A stretch of DNA of 63,450 nucleotides, taken from NCBI GenBank assembly GCA_002633005.1, contig NMRA01000203.1, forward strand, positions 3,852-67,301. The letters run 5' to 3'. Numbering within the stretch: the first letter of the stretch is position 1; each line of letters begins with the position of its first letter. Under the pieces are notes generated by a model. The model saw nothing but the letters and a program-made list of their open reading frames with translations. It was not told the origin of the DNA and did not search any database. Positions 12,127-25,723 of this stretch are shown in pieces. A program made the position numbers and the translations under genes. Origin of the DNA: Phoronis australis (taxonomy: Eukaryota; Animalia; Phoronida).

Positions 12127-13800
12127 AACAAGAGCAACTCGGAGCGTTGAGATGCGCCCATGAATGCACCGCAAATGGTGTGCTTCTAGGGGACAGGTGT
12201 TAATTTGTATTATAAAAAATGTCCACTAGATGGCGTAAAATACAGGGCTTGAAATGACCCATGACAAAAAAGAGGAATTTTTTCACCGCCCCCAAATACA
12301 CATTGCAATCTAAACAACCATACGCCAACAGATCGAAAGCAAACATTATTATCACAAAATGTCATGAAACTGTGTCGTGTTGGCAAAATGCACTCATCTT
12401 AAGCGGGGGGGGGGGGAGGGGGCANGCACTCATCTTAAGCGAGTGCGGGGGGATCGCAGTAATCACCAAACAGTACCTGACAACTATTTCAGCAACGATA
12501 ATTTGGACACAAGATCATAAAGTGAACAGTCACGTAATTTGTATTATTAGATGTCTATAAAATCACACCTTATACAACTCAATGAGATGTTCTTTCAACT
12601 ACGACTGACAAAGTCTTTTCACTTAAAATCTCCACAACTTCACACCATAACATATCATTACTTCCAAGCTGTAGAACACAATGCACACAATCAGGTAATG
12701 TACACTAGATGTCATCACATCACTTAACATACATCTACGACTGAAAAAGTGTTTTAGTTTAATAAAAGTTCCAAAACTTAATGACATGCCTGGAGAGAAC
12801 AAGAGAAAAAAGTGGAATTCCGCATTTCTGCGGAAAATTCCAAGCCTTGAAAATATGTCGAATCCAACCAAAAACTGGTATATATCAACAGAGCTTTTTA
12901 CCAAATTTCATAAAAATCTGTCGAGGAACTTCTGAGAAATTGAAGAAAACAAATAAAATGAGGATATGGTTGCAAAACAAAACATAACTGCCACTAGGAG
13001 GTGCGCAACAATAGATGAAGTCGTCAGAAAATCATCAGCCGCAGTCCTCTTCACACTAAGAATATATATACCAATATACACAATCATCCTCAAAGCAGTT
13101 TGGTTGACACAGGGGCAGATTCCAAAAACAGACTAGGAGACAGAAAAAATGGCCACTAGATGGCGCAAAATATGTCAAATCCATCTGAAAACTAGAACAT
13201 GTCATTGTTTCTGATCAATAGAAAACTATTTACAACATTTCATAAAAATCTGATAAACAGCTTCAGAGAAACAGAGGAAATTAGAAAAAATGAACTTGCC
13301 ATTACAGGGCAGTGTTTGTACAATCTGTCTGAAAGTCGTCGGCATTCATTGTCAACTTCATACACTTGTTTAATTTAATAAAGATCCTGCACAGCGTTTA
13401 AGAGATGCAGCCATGGGCGTAAAAAACAAAACTGGCACTAGAAGGCGCCACAGTAGTCGAGGCCATTTGAAAATAATTGTCAGTTGTCCTCTTCACATTA
13501 ATAGGAACATATATGCCAATTTCTACACTCATCCTTAGAGTGGTTTGGTTGACAGAGGGGAAGATGTTAAAAAAACTCGAATTCAGTAAAAATGACGAAC
13601 AGGTGATGCAAAATACTTCGAATTAATCTGAGAACCAAAGGATAGCGTCATCTCACTAATAGATTCCTACCAGGCAAATTTTATGAAAATGCGTTCGGGA
13701 CCTTTGAAGATACAGCGATAAACGTAAAACACTAAAATTGCCACTAGGGACACATCAGTAGTCCGATCCATCCAAAAGTCGTCGTTTTTTATTGCTTTGG
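12127..13800 (-). mobile_element. Helentron-associated (HINE/DINE-1-like) element with a degenerate internal tandem core; boundaries approximate
   Basis: Terminus AACAAGAGCAACTCGGAGCGTTGAGATGCGCCC resembles the reverse complement of the end at about 48680-48703. Internal units repeat AATTTCATAAAAATC and CCACTAGATGGCGC motifs shared with 32401-34580 and 46690-49455. Confidence 0.55.
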
Positions 13801-15487
13801 CTTTACGAAACTTGATCGACCCTGGGACATTTTGATACATTGTTCAAGCCACCCCTGGAGCACGTGTTACAGAAAATCTGAACGATGCTTATTTTCGAAA
13901 ATATATTCTGAAAATGCACAAAAGCCACAAAGAAGTGGATTAGTGAAATATGCTGTTTTAAGATACGTTTGTGAAGCCATCCACCCACTGTTTATTGTCA
14001 TATTGTGAATAGTAACACGGTACGGAAATTTCCGATGAGTTACGGATGGATGGCTGATCGTATGCGACAAACCCGTCACAAACCGGCAATTTCCGTACTG
14101 TCCGTGACCTCGAACCGTCAAAATGCGAGGTGTGTTTGGGCTTTTTTGGGACATTTTTGTGCTTTGACTTCATATTTCTTAATTGCGAACTTGCTGGAGC
14201 AGGACACCATGAATGTATAAAAAAGAGCAATGGTTTGAACCCGTTTTGTGTAAATTTATGGAGTTATGTGTTCGATATGGACGGGTGAATTGAAGCACCT
14301 GTGGAATTTATAGACCCGAGTGCCATACCTTGTAGTATTATATGTAGTGTATTGGGGACGATCAGAAGCTGAGGACGCCTGTGACCAGGCCATCACCGGC
14401 ATGCGCATGGCCATGGCCTGGGCCATGCCATGTTGCCGGAGATTCTCAGTGGTCACCGAGTCTAAGCAATATTCCAGTATTTAAAGATATGTACCCCGAG
14501 CAAACAAGAAGTAGAATGGAACTTCTTCGATTTGCTGTTAAATTATAAGTTGGCAGGCTTAACTAGGTTCATAAGCTTACTGAAAACCACGTAGGGTAAA
14601 TAAAACTTACTCGGTTGACTCTATCTCGACCGCCATGTTGATCAAAATCTCGCAAACTCTCATCTATTTGAGGTCATGTGATCAGGCAAAAATGAAGGGT
14701 GAACAAGCAGTCGAAGTTCCGTACCGTCCTTATAAACAATGCTGCAGTTTCGTTTTTTGAGCTGAAATACCTCTTACCACGTACTTACTTGGATTCATTG
14801 TCTCAATGCTCACAAAGGCTACGAGGAACCTAGAAGTTAATTTCTGCAACTTCGCATGCCTGAAATCGTTGACTCACTGAAGCGATCACGCCTAGTACTG
14901 ACACTGTGACTGTGTACATATGGATTACTGTACGATTACTGTCTTTGTTGTGAAGTGTGAAGAGTGCTGAATGACCGATTCATCACACATTAGATTCAAC
15001 AGTCACATTACAGCTGCCACTAACTGAGACAGTTACAGACACAAAACATCGGACTGTAGCCGCAGGCAATCACAGAATGACAGATGTGTTCAATGACCGA
15101 CTGACTGGAAACTCAGAATTACTAACTAATTTGTTTACACTCGTTCCTTTTACCTTTTCATCAAATTCGAGTGAAACCCTTCACTCAAGACACCAATCCT
15201 ACATCTTAACAAATTAGTCTGAGTCTAAAAGGCAATTTAAGTATAGCCAGGTTTTGATAGGCCTACTAGATGTTTCACACTCACTCACAGTTATAGGTTC
15301 TACACAGAACTAAAGTCACTGCTCTCAGAGTGAGTTCCATAGTAGTGTTATACACCAAATTTGCTCGTCGATGAGTTATGACAGACAGTGATTGACTAAG
15401 GCACTGTAGACAGAGCAGTGGTTTGTCAGATTGTACAATTTTTGTTCTTGAAATTGGATTGGGAAGAAAATCTATAATTTATTTGCC

Positions 15488-18400
15488 ATGGGCGATGCTA
15501 CAAAAAGACTTTCCTTAGCCTTCCATGGCTTAACAGAAATACCAACTGACATTATTCGGAGACGGGGTAGTGTTATTGAAGAACTTGACTTAAGTGATAA
15601 CAAAGTTGTGTATCCTTTTCTTTGTTACAATATGTGTGTACTTGAGATTGTGTGTGTATATATGTTAACATGTTAATATGTGTGTACTTGAGATTGTGTG
15701 TGTATATATGTTAACATGTGTGTGTATATATGTTAACATGTTTAAAGTGTGACATGCGGGATTATCAAGTGTGACTACAGGAGCCACTTCTCGGAATACC
15801 ACAGCGCCCTCTCTGGTTCTATGATATTTACCCACAATGTTGGATGCTTACGGGCATCCAACATCATTTGTATACAGCCAAGCTTATCAATATTTTTAGT
15901 GGCGGATCTAGGATATTGCAAGGGGGGGCAACATTTTGTCCGCCTGTAAGCATTTGCGCAAACTGAACCACGATTGTAGATGCGCATAGCACCGAATGGG
16001 GGGAGGTCGGGAGGGGGGCAAACCCCCCTCCCGCCCAGGAAATTTTTCTGTTTTTTTCCTCTAAAAATCAAGCATTTTCCTTGATTCCTGAAGTATTATC
16101 CAAGAAAAAAGGCAAAAAAAGGAGAACGTGTCAAACAGGAAAACTGCAAAATACCAGAGATTCGAACTCACAACCTGGTGAATAGAGCGCGCATGCTTTA
16201 CCACTACACCACCACAACTTAACTACTGATCTTATAACTAGATAAGAGACCTACTTGTTTATGGTCCACAGCGTTTGCGCGCAAAACCTACTTCGTTTTG
16301 TAATGCTTATTACACCTTTTATATTTTGTGCCATGAATTCTTAACAAATTTGTTGTATTTAAAATAGTCTTCAAATGCCCAAAAGGCCAAATCCGTTTTT
16401 CGTGTTGGCAATTGCTTTGTAAATCGTTTGACAAAGAGAGAATTATGAATTTCTGAGTGATTCACTAAGGTTTCGATTAAAATTCACATCTTACCAGCAG
16501 CGTTTGTTCATCGTCACTCAGGTTCCATTTTCTTCAAAAACTGAAGTAAAGTTTCTTCATTGCACAGTGGAGCAGACGACGGAAATGGAGTCGTAGTGTG
16601 CAGCGCCACTGCCGGTGGCCTGGGATATCGCGGGAGAGCCTATACTTAACCATAGTTCCGTTATGAATAAGCCCTGCTCCGAATTTGACACTTGAAATTG
16701 GATCTGAGCCCCCCCCCCAAACACTAAAACTGCACACATTTAAATGTTGTTTCATCCGTATAATTTTAATTACCAGGGTTAATTAATAAACTCAACATTT
16801 CCCTACGCTCTTGCTGTTTTATTTTTTTTGCGGCAGCCAAGGGGGGGGACCCGGGATTAGTCGGGTTATTGATGATAGATACTGTGTTATTTTTCTATTG
16901 CATGGTGATTAGTAAAAATTTTGTAGTTTCCTTTTTATTAAAGTGTGACAACTCCTTAACTATAACCACAGAGATCTGAAGTTTTTGTCAGCGTTCACAG
17001 AACTGCGATCTCTGGTGCTGGATCGTAATGGGATCCAATCTCGTGTCCAAGTGCCTTCATTACCAATGCTTCACACACTCTGGTTGAATCACAACAAGAT
17101 CAAGAATTTGAGTAGGTTTGAATACTTGACCTTATTTTTACAAAAACATAACTTAATTTGGTGGATGATTGCCAATTTTGAGGAACTATTTTAAAAATAA
17201 ATTTCTCTTCCTCTGGTTATAAAAGCTGCATAAAACCAAATTAAATAAAATGTTTTAAAGAACTGTAACAGTGTTTTTGAAATTTCATTTTATCAATTCA
17301 AATTTGGTCATTGCCATGTCTTTGATACCATTGTTTTGTGATAAATGTACTTTTGTTAAGTTTTACCAAAAAGACGAGATGCGATAATTGGTATTACCAT
17401 AGAACTCTAGCCATGGAATGCCAACTCCTGCACGTGACCTATGTATTTTATTATTACAGCTTGTGACTGACCCTAGAACAAGGCGTGAGAGTTTGCAGTG
17501 AGATTTTCTGGCTGCCTGCTTGACTGAGTTTTGATTGAGAGTTGTAGTTATTAAATCGAGCGTAATTTCATTGCTTCATTTTCATTTTGCTATTATTGTT
17601 CATCAAGCGAGATTCTTGAGATACGGTTCCATAGAATCAGCTATTTCTTGTCATTAGTCAACAAAACAGACAATTACTCTGGCCATTCTTTATACCGGGA
17701 TTTTCTGTAGATAAGTCGCTCCACGAAATGGCCATGGGTGTTTATATGGAAAATAATGCCGAATAAACGCCCATGGTAGTGTATTTGGTGTTACAGCACC
17801 AGGTGCCAAGTGACCAAATAGTGAGGTATTTATTCGGAAAATTTCCTCTTAAAAGCCCACTCAGCGTCAACCTTTTGTCACAAATTCATTTTTGTAGAAT
17901 TTATCATTGATAAAAATGAACAAGGTGCTAGCGAACTATACATTTACTAGCATAAAGTTTAAAAACAATTTAAAGTAAAAAATGTCAAAGCAAAACTTTG
18001 ACTTTCCGTTTACATGCCCCCCTTTTCACACATCCAATGAGGTTGCGAGACCAGATTTGGCATTCTAGCTGGGCTAGAGTTCTATATGGTATTACATTAA
18101 AAATTAAATTCTACAAGCCTTCTAGTTTCATGACATACTAGTAGATAATTTTACAGCCTTAATCTGTAACTGTATAACTTTGTAGACATTTGGCTTAACC
18201 CACAAACTTTTCAATAAGGTCCTTAGTATCTTTGAAGGCTAAGTTTACTGGTTATGGGAACAGATACTATTAGGAAGAAGCATAACATGTTATGACTTCT
18301 TTTTAGGGATTAGAAGACAAAGATGGGCTTCATGCTGTTGTAGTAGTAGTAGTGGTGCTTGCCTGTGTCTGCCCTAAGACAGCTTGAACAACCAAAATTT

Positions 18401-21400
18401 GTATGCATTGTCAGCCATTTCAGTCACTTTGTTTACACAAACTATTTAATATTAAAAATTGAGTCATTCCCTGAACTACAAATACCAGTCAAGTACATCA
18501 AAATAAAGTAGCTTGCTTTCTGCAACTGGTGTTCCTTTGTTGAACAGATCCAGTGTTTACTGACAGAGGAGCCCTCTTGTCAGCAGCACAATAGACTTGT
18601 ATTCATATTACAACTATGGTACATTATTTGAATGTTGAAATACCACGGGTGAGAAACAACATGACTGCCGGTCCTCCTAAATCGGACCGACTCACCCAAA
18701 ACAGGACCTCCGGGGATCAAATGGGACCGTCGCACCAGAAAATGGGACAGGACCGCCGGGGACTGAACATGACCGCCGGGGATTGAAACCGCAGTGACAA
18801 ACAAGTCCCTGGTGGTCCTGTTTTCTGGTGGGACGGTCATGTTTTTTGGTGCGTCAGTCCCATTTTCTGGTGCGACGGTCCCATTTGATCCCCGGAGGTC
18901 CTGTTTTGGGCGAGTCAGTCCGATTTAGAGGACCGGCAGTCATGTTGTTTCTCACCCGTGAATACTGCTAAAGACTGTAGTCCCTTTGAATAGAAACACC
19001 TCATGATTAAATTAGTGTTTGATATCAACAGAGTCTATGAAAGACTGGTTGGTTCACATAATCATTGAAAAAAGTCATTCCATGTTGAATTTGGGTCCGT
19101 CATTATTGTTTCTTATTTTTAAAATTTGGTACAAGTTGTGACTGAGCACAATAATTTATGTGCCCCTTGCTGGAGATTTTTTACTGTAGGTAAGAGTAGA
19201 CACTGTAGCAACATCTTCCCAAAATCAACTATCATTGTGAAGTATTAGTTGATGTAACGGTTGACAATCATCCGTGTGATCTGGATGGAGGACTCGTATC
19301 TCACAAGTCTATGCTCCATGCTCATGCATTGATTTTTGTTAGATACAAAAGATCGTTTGGGGAGGAGTACAGGACGTGGTGCTCTGATATAGCTCCCATT
19401 GAAGGGGTCATGTATTTACAGGGAAGGTTCTCTTTTTGGGTTCTAACTCGGCGGAAGATTACAAAAGAACTCTATGAAAAAAGATGTGCTCAGAGGTTTC
19501 TTAATGTTAAACAAATACGTTCCAAAGGGGTGTTCATTCATTTTTTTAAAACTAAAAATTAATGAATTAAATTAATGAATTAGCATTTTAGAGGTTGAAA
19601 ACTCTTACAAATGGTCACAACATTGGAAAACACCATAGAAGGATGACTTCATAGAAACTTCCAAGTCCTCCTTATTAAGTGTGTTCACCTCGACCTGTAA
19701 AAGGATTAGTGTTCATCTTGTTGGCACTCTAAAGTGGTGGCTATCTCCTTCCTGGGGTGTTCATAGTTCATACTCACTTTTTATTCCTGATGTAACTTTA
19801 TGTTAACCATTGATGAATGTACTTATTTCTGTTTTGTTCATTTCCTTATCAGGCACTATAGTGTCCACTCTATCCAAGAGTTGTCCTAATCTGCGGTTTC
19901 TTAGTATGATGAACAATGAAGCTGCACCGAGTTATTTCAATGGTGGAACATATCCCCAGTATGTTGACTATAGGTATGTGTAGGTCTATAACAATGTCAA
20001 CCTATTAAATACGCTTAATATGTATCTGTTGGACTATGGCATCGTGGTTTGCTCTACAATTGGTTGGGCCCAAAAAAAGCATACTGCTAGTTGGTCTAGC
20101 TGGCTTGGGATTTTTTGAAAATTGAGTTGGTGGTGAATTACCGTATTTTTTAGTTGTCCACCTTGGACGCATCAAAAATGATGCGGTATTTTTTACTCGT
20201 TGCTTTACAAATCGTGGCAATTCAAAAGTTGCATACTCTTGCCTATTTGCATTTGTGCAGCCTTTAAAAACACCAAAGCCTTGGTTAAAATTCATGCGGG
20301 TAGGCGGTTTTTTATTATTTTTGTCGTTGAGCACAGGTTTCAACTTTGCCTTTTTTGACCTAATGCACACGTGTTGAAAGAAAGACTGTTAGCTCACAAT
20401 TCATGGTCTTCTATATTGTTTAAATTTACATTGAAGTGGTCGTGTTTGTAGAATGACAATGACAATTAATGGTGCAATTATTTGTTATTTGTTTACAATA
20501 TTTCTTGGTAGCTGCATCTCATTAGGTGCACGTTTGAATATTAAATAACATCTCAATTTAGTTTTGAAGATTGAATGAATGAGGTGTTAGCTTTCAACCA
20601 GTCTGTAGTCTGTATCTAAATTACTTTTAAACGACCTTTAGAATGGTTTAAAATGCAATTTCTTTGTAATGGAGCAGCTGTGCAATGATTTGTTACATGT
20701 AATGGAGAAGCTGCGCAATGATTTGTTACATGTAATGGAGCAGCTGTGCAATGATTTGTTACATGTAATAGAGCAGCTGTGCAATGATTTGTTACATGTA
20801 ATAGAGCAGGTGTGCAATGATTTGTTACATGTAATAGAGCAGCTGTGCAATGATTTGTTACATGTAATAGAGCAGGTGTGCAATGTTTTGTTACATGTAA
20901 TGGAGCAGCTGCGCAATGATGTGTTACATGTTGTGGGCATTATGTGGAGTGGCAGACATTCAGATGCTATATTTAGTTATCACAACAAGTTGCTTAGTGT
21001 GGAATGACTCAATCTGAGGGGCACTGAATTGCCATGACGTCATTCGGAAAAATTGCAAGTTTTCAGCATTTCTCTGCATGTGAACTTTCAGTTTCATCTA
21101 TTCCAGGTATTATGTGATCAGCAGGTTCCCTCTATTAGAGATACTAGATGATCAAGCTGTCACACGTGATGAGAGACTTGAAGCTGAACGTATCTATGGC
21201 AAGAGGATAGGTGAAAAACGTAGTGTAAGTAAAAAATTCCAGAGTTTCAGTGTATAACATATTTATCTCATCTGTGCCACCAAGGATTCTTCTTGTGTTT
21301 TGAGTTTGGCATCACAATTGATAAAAATTGCTTCAGTCACTGCTAATGGCAGACTGCGTGACCTAGGCTGCAGCTCAGTACAATAAAAACTACTCGACAT

Positions 21401-24400
21401 GCATTTGGTAATTGCAATGCTTTACACTTTAGGTACTTTGGTCACCATTTATGATAATATGATGGATTGGCACTGACAATTACGGTAAAAATTCCCGAAT
21501 TTAGGACATCGAAAAACAGTTATTTTGAACCTGTCCAAAATTTTAGAAATAGGCAATATTGGCCATCCGAAATTCGAGAAATATGAGAAAGACTGCATCG
21601 ACAGTGTCCCAAATCTTAGAATTTATGCGGTCGGCTACCGACAATGTTTCGATTTGCAATTTTAGAGCGTTTGAACAGTTGCGTAGATTTATGATTGTTA
21701 TTGCTGACAAGAAATTCACATGATGTCCTCAAAAACGGCACCGATGTGACTGACTCTGAACACAATCAACTTACCAAACTTTGTGATAGGAAATATATGT
21801 ATTTGTCGTATAACACGACTTGACTGATTATTCCCAATATCCATTAGTGCTCAACGTCTTTACTGTTCGCAAACCAAACATAGACGATACGACTGCAGTA
21901 TATGTAACCCTAGTTTGTTTCTGGAGCAGCGTGTGCGACATACTTATGAGTCACCTGTCACTCGAGAAGAACAATTAAAGAAACGATGTTCCTGCCAACA
22001 AGACACTTGTAAATAAGAAATTCCTGTGGAGTCGGCATTAACTGCAGATTAAGTCCAAATCTACGCTAGATTGTACCCCGCAACACGAGAAAAATCTCTG
22101 CATGAATAAATTGTTTTTTTCAGGCGTTTTGAAGTTTGACTGCGTGTGTTGTGTGTGACAGTTCATTTGCCAGAGTAAAGGCAATGTAACAATCTAGGTG
22201 TGCATTGTAACTAAAGAAAGTAACACAAGCAGTAAAGCAGAACGTGTTTTATTTAGCACTTGCTGGCCTTTTCTGATAAAAAATTTCGAGAATTGTCTCG
22301 GTATGACCAGTATTAAATGTCATTGAGTTTTCCGGGTGACTGGATGCATGACAGTCTAAGTTATTTTTCCAGGAGATTCGAGTGTAAGGGTGTGGAGGTG
22401 TTTACTATCACTGGGTCAATTTATCAGATATCTGACTTTAAATGTACCAATTATGATTAATTAAATAATTCCTCTTAAAAATAACGTAAAAGTTTTTTAC
22501 GGTATCAGAAATTTTCAGAAATTAGTGCCAAAAACGTGTACAGAGAAATTTGGATTCCTGTTGAGGGAGAAGATCTGTACGGGAAAAATACAATACAATC
22601 CCATCTGTTCTGAATGGCCAAATTGTTGCCGTAGGAATATACGAAAAGGATGCAATGGTAGTGTAGTCTTTATTTTTTGCTCCGTGGCCCAAATGTTGCC
22701 CATGAACACAGAGTGAAAATAAAGTAATAAAGTCCGAACACCATTTAAAAACTTGATTGTATCTAGTCTGCAAAAACAAGAAAACACAAAATTACCAAAA
22801 TGCCTGACCCAGGGTGTGGCCAACACAAAACGCACAGAAAAAACAGACCACGGGAACAAATTATACACAAAAAATCACATACAATAATATCTACACAAAT
22901 ATACAAACTAAGAAAAATGAAAACGTACAAACCGCGTCCAAAACAAAGGAAATGATACAGATAAAGACAGTACTCACCAGACACACAACAACAGTAAGTG
23001 ACTTGACGCTTCAAATGATGCGAGCAGAGTGAAAATGAAACAATAGACTAGAAAGGGCCTAGCGGTGAGACAGAAAAGTGACTCTAAGTAAAACAAAAGA
23101 ACATCACATACAAAATACACAATGAACAAAATAACCTGGCAAATCATCCGCAACACAGACCGTAGTGGGACAGGTTCCTCGCAAAAGTCAGCAAAACTTT
23201 TTTAAGCACGGTGGAAGTTTGAAGTGTCTAGTCACGGCTAAGTACCAACATAGCGGCAAGGCTTGTGGTCTGGAAATTCCACGCACAATGAGTTTTCAGG
23301 ACTGTCGGATCTTATTGATAAATTGAAGACGTTTCTGTAGAATTTTAGAACTGTAGGTAAGGCATTTTTTGCATGTACACGTTCATGGGCTGGGCGCTTA
23401 TTATAGCAATAAAGTCTGAAAACGTGTGGGGGGCGCTTATAAGCGCATGGGCACTTATTAGGGTACAACATGAACCTTTTTAACGTATACTGCACGACAA
23501 ACATAGTACATGGATTTTTGCTTTTCACAAAGTCCGTTTCAACTTGACAATGAACAACAACTAAAGGAAGGTAATTATTTGGGCTGCAGGTTCGCAGAAA
23601 AAAATTGAAGCTGTGAACCCGAGAATCGACTTGGTAACACAACAGTCTCACCATTCACCGGTGCTTATTAATTAGCTGTTAATCCAAATACAAAGTGTGA
23701 CACTGTGGAGATTGCGCAAAAGTCGGAGAACATACATTTCATATACGTGAAAAATATTTCGAGTCCGTGATTACAACTGCCAAGAAAACGTGCGAGACAT
23801 ACACAAAGCATACACATCGGTATAGACTGCGACATCAGTCAAATACATTATACCGGTGGCAGTTTTAAACGATATGTGAATAATCACTGATCATGTGAAA
23901 AAGTGCATTGTCCAAAATGTGAGAATTACGGCCAATGCCACTAAAATCGATGTGTCCGAAATTTGAGAAATAATGTGAATGCCAAATTCGACCGTGTCCC
24001 AAATATCAGAGTCAAAAAAAATTCAGTTTGGGGTTGGATTTACTTGTCTGAAATTCAGGAGACTGTTGTAAATTCGTGAATTTTTACCGTATGGTATATA
24101 ACTATTGACAAAGTACAAGGTAGTGTGGCAACATTTGGTGTTTCCAATTCCGTTTTTCTACCAAGTTTAATTTTCTGTTTTATATACAACCGTGCAGTTG
24201 TTTGAACTCGCTGTATGTTGTGTGGTAACTCTATGCTGTCTAGAACCACTGTGTGCTGTCGAGAATCATTGTATGGTGTCAATTAACTGCGTGCTGTCTA
24301 GATTCACTGTGTGCTGTCTAGATTCACTGTGTGCTGTCTAGATTCACTGCGTGCTGTACTGCGTGCTGTCTAGATTCACTGCGTGCTGTCTAGATTCACT

Positions 24401-25008
24401 GCGTGCTGTCTAGATTCAATGCGTGCTGTGTAGATTCACTGCGTGCTGTCTAGATTCACTGCGTGCTGTCTAGATTCACTGCGTGCTGTCTAGATTCACT
24501 GCGTGCTGTCTAGATTCACTGTGTGTTGTCTTGAATCACTTGGCACACTTTTCACTCTTTTAAGTACTTTGAAATGTTTCTTAAAAATGTAATCACCATT
24601 TTTCCAAATCCCCTTTTTTGTACGGTGGATTGTTCAAATAGTCCAATAGAACTAAATATCTGTGAATGAAAGAAGTTGCATTCCATCCTCATTAACTCAT
24701 TGTCTGTCTTGACCACCAGAAATTGAAATTGAGTCAAACAGAAGTCGCTTTTGTGCTGCCACAACGCTCGAGTTAGGTCGAATGTTTCATACTAATTACC
24801 TTCTCACGTCAGTATCAACCGTTTTTATGACATTCCACCAAAGCAGAGACTCAATATCTTACTACAATGAAATGATTGGACTGAAGAAAGGCCTGCAGTG
24901 TTTTGATGTCTTGTTCTTTTAAGAATGCTGCTTTTTCATTCTCAGAGCGACTCATTTGTCTTTCAGAAAACCAAGAGACAGTCAAGTCGAGTGAAAGATC
25001 GGACATAG
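15488..25008 (+). CDS. LRMDA: Leucine-rich melanocyte differentiation-associated protein-like (C10orf11 family) short LRR + LRRcap protein, 180 aa
   Basis: Exons 15488-15609, 16972-17111, 19853-19973, 21107-21224 and 24967-25008 total 543 nt in frame. LRRs [33 protein letters not shown] and LRFLSMMNN; cap [36 protein letters not shown]. The last exon is least certain, and the gene may be a paralog rather than the strict ortholog. Confidence 0.85.
15610..16971 (+). other. U12-type (minor spliceosome) GT-AG intron in the LRMDA-like gene
   Basis: 5' site GTATCCTTT at 15610. Branch TCCTTAAC at 16953-16960, 11 nt before the end of the CAG, with no polypyrimidine tract. Splicing keeps the frame. 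Confidence 0.93.
16154..16215 (-). mobile_element. tRNA-derived (SINE head-like) fragment within an intronic repeat
   Basis: Minus strand GTGGTGTAGTGGTAAAGCATGCGCG...GGTTGTGAGTTCGAATCTC has A and B boxes but no intact cloverleaf. It lies downstream of a Harbinger-like terminus AGTGGCGGATCTAGG at about 15899. Confidence 0.5.
17695..18027. mobile_element. Truncated second copy of the 11586-11993 MITE family (inverted)
   Basis: TA|CCGGGATTTTCTGTAGATAAG terminus. Internal AAAAGCCCACTCAGCGTCAAC and TGACTTTCCGTTTACATGCCCCCC are reverse-complement matches to the first copy. Confidence 0.65.
18644..18960. mobile_element. 317-bp MITE with CAC...GTG ends, about 105-bp TIRs and a 5-bp TSD (Transib-like)
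   Basis: AATAC|CACGGGTGAGAAACAACATGACTGCCGG ... CCGGCAGTCATGTTGTTTCTCACCCGTG|AATAC; the arms are nearly perfect. Confidence 0.9.
20665..20932. repeat. 33-bp tandem repeat, 8 copies (intronic)
   Basis: Unit TGTAATGGAGCAGCTGTGCAATGATTTGTTACA; it explains ORFs 20638..20940 and 20669..21007. Confidence 0.95.
21483..24089. mobile_element. 2.6 kb non-autonomous DNA transposon, Tc1/mariner-pogo type (TA TSD)
   Basis: TA|CGGTAAAAATTCCCGAATTTA ... TAAATTCGTGAATTTTTACCG|TA, with subterminal GTCCnAAATTnnAGAA repeats at both ends. Confidence 0.75.
24287..24540. repeat. 20-bp tandem repeat, about 12 copies
   Basis: Unit CTGCGTGCTGTCTAGATTCA; degenerate copies extend left to about 24235. Confidence 0.93.
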
Positions 25009-25342
25009 GGAATTGAGTCTGTTTTCAACTTCAACATTAAACATTTGAAATTGAAGTTGGGTGCTTATAACGGGCTATGGACTTCCACAAAACCATGATA
25101 ACTGGTCCCATCCAATGTTATTCTTCGTAACGTCTAGTGATAAAATCAAGTTTTTTCTCTTTCCTGTTATAAATATTCAATTATTCCTACAACTTGGATA
25201 TTTTAAACTGTGTATACTGTTGAAACCTACATTCTGTCAAAAAAATTCTTTCCACCTTTTCCACATAAAATGGCCACAACTTCTTCCTTACTCTGATGAG
25301 AAATGGTTTCTGGGCTTGGAAAGCTTATTGTTTAAGACCACG

Positions 25343-25723
25343 CTCAGCCAGTGCATAACATGGCATGTTATGACGAGTCAGCTTGTTGATCCTGGTCTCA
25401 ACCAGTGCATAACATGGCATGTCATGAGGAGTCAGCTTGTTGATCCTGGTCTCAGCCAGTGCATAACATGGCATGTCATGATGAGCCAGCTTGTTGATCC
25501 TGGTCACAGCCAGTTCATAACATGGCATGTCATGACAAGCCAGCTTGTTAATCCTGGTCTCAGCCAGTGCATAACATGGCATGTCATGACGAGTCAGCTT
25601 GTTGATCCTGGTCTCAACCAGTGCATAACATGGCAAATCATGACGAGCCAGCTTGTTGATCCTGGTCTCAGCCAGTGCATAACATGGCATGTCATGACGA
25701 GTCAGCTTGTTGATCCTGGTCTC
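25343..25723. repeat. 54-bp tandem repeat, 7 copies (likely 3' UTR/downstream of the LRMDA-like gene)
   Basis: Unit CTCAGCCAGTGCATAACATGGCATGTCATGACGAGTCAGCTTGTTGATCCTGGT; it explains the 223 aa and 136 aa ORFs. Confidence 0.95.

Noticed and set aside
12390-12452. Duplicated GCACTCATCTTAAGCG around a G-run (G-quadruplex candidate)
   Set aside because: It contains an N between the copies and is probably a contig-join artefact.
20638-21007. Coiled-coil-like repeat protein [11 protein letters not shown] x8
   Set aside because: It is an intronic 33-bp minisatellite open on both strands, and the host gene splices cleanly around it.
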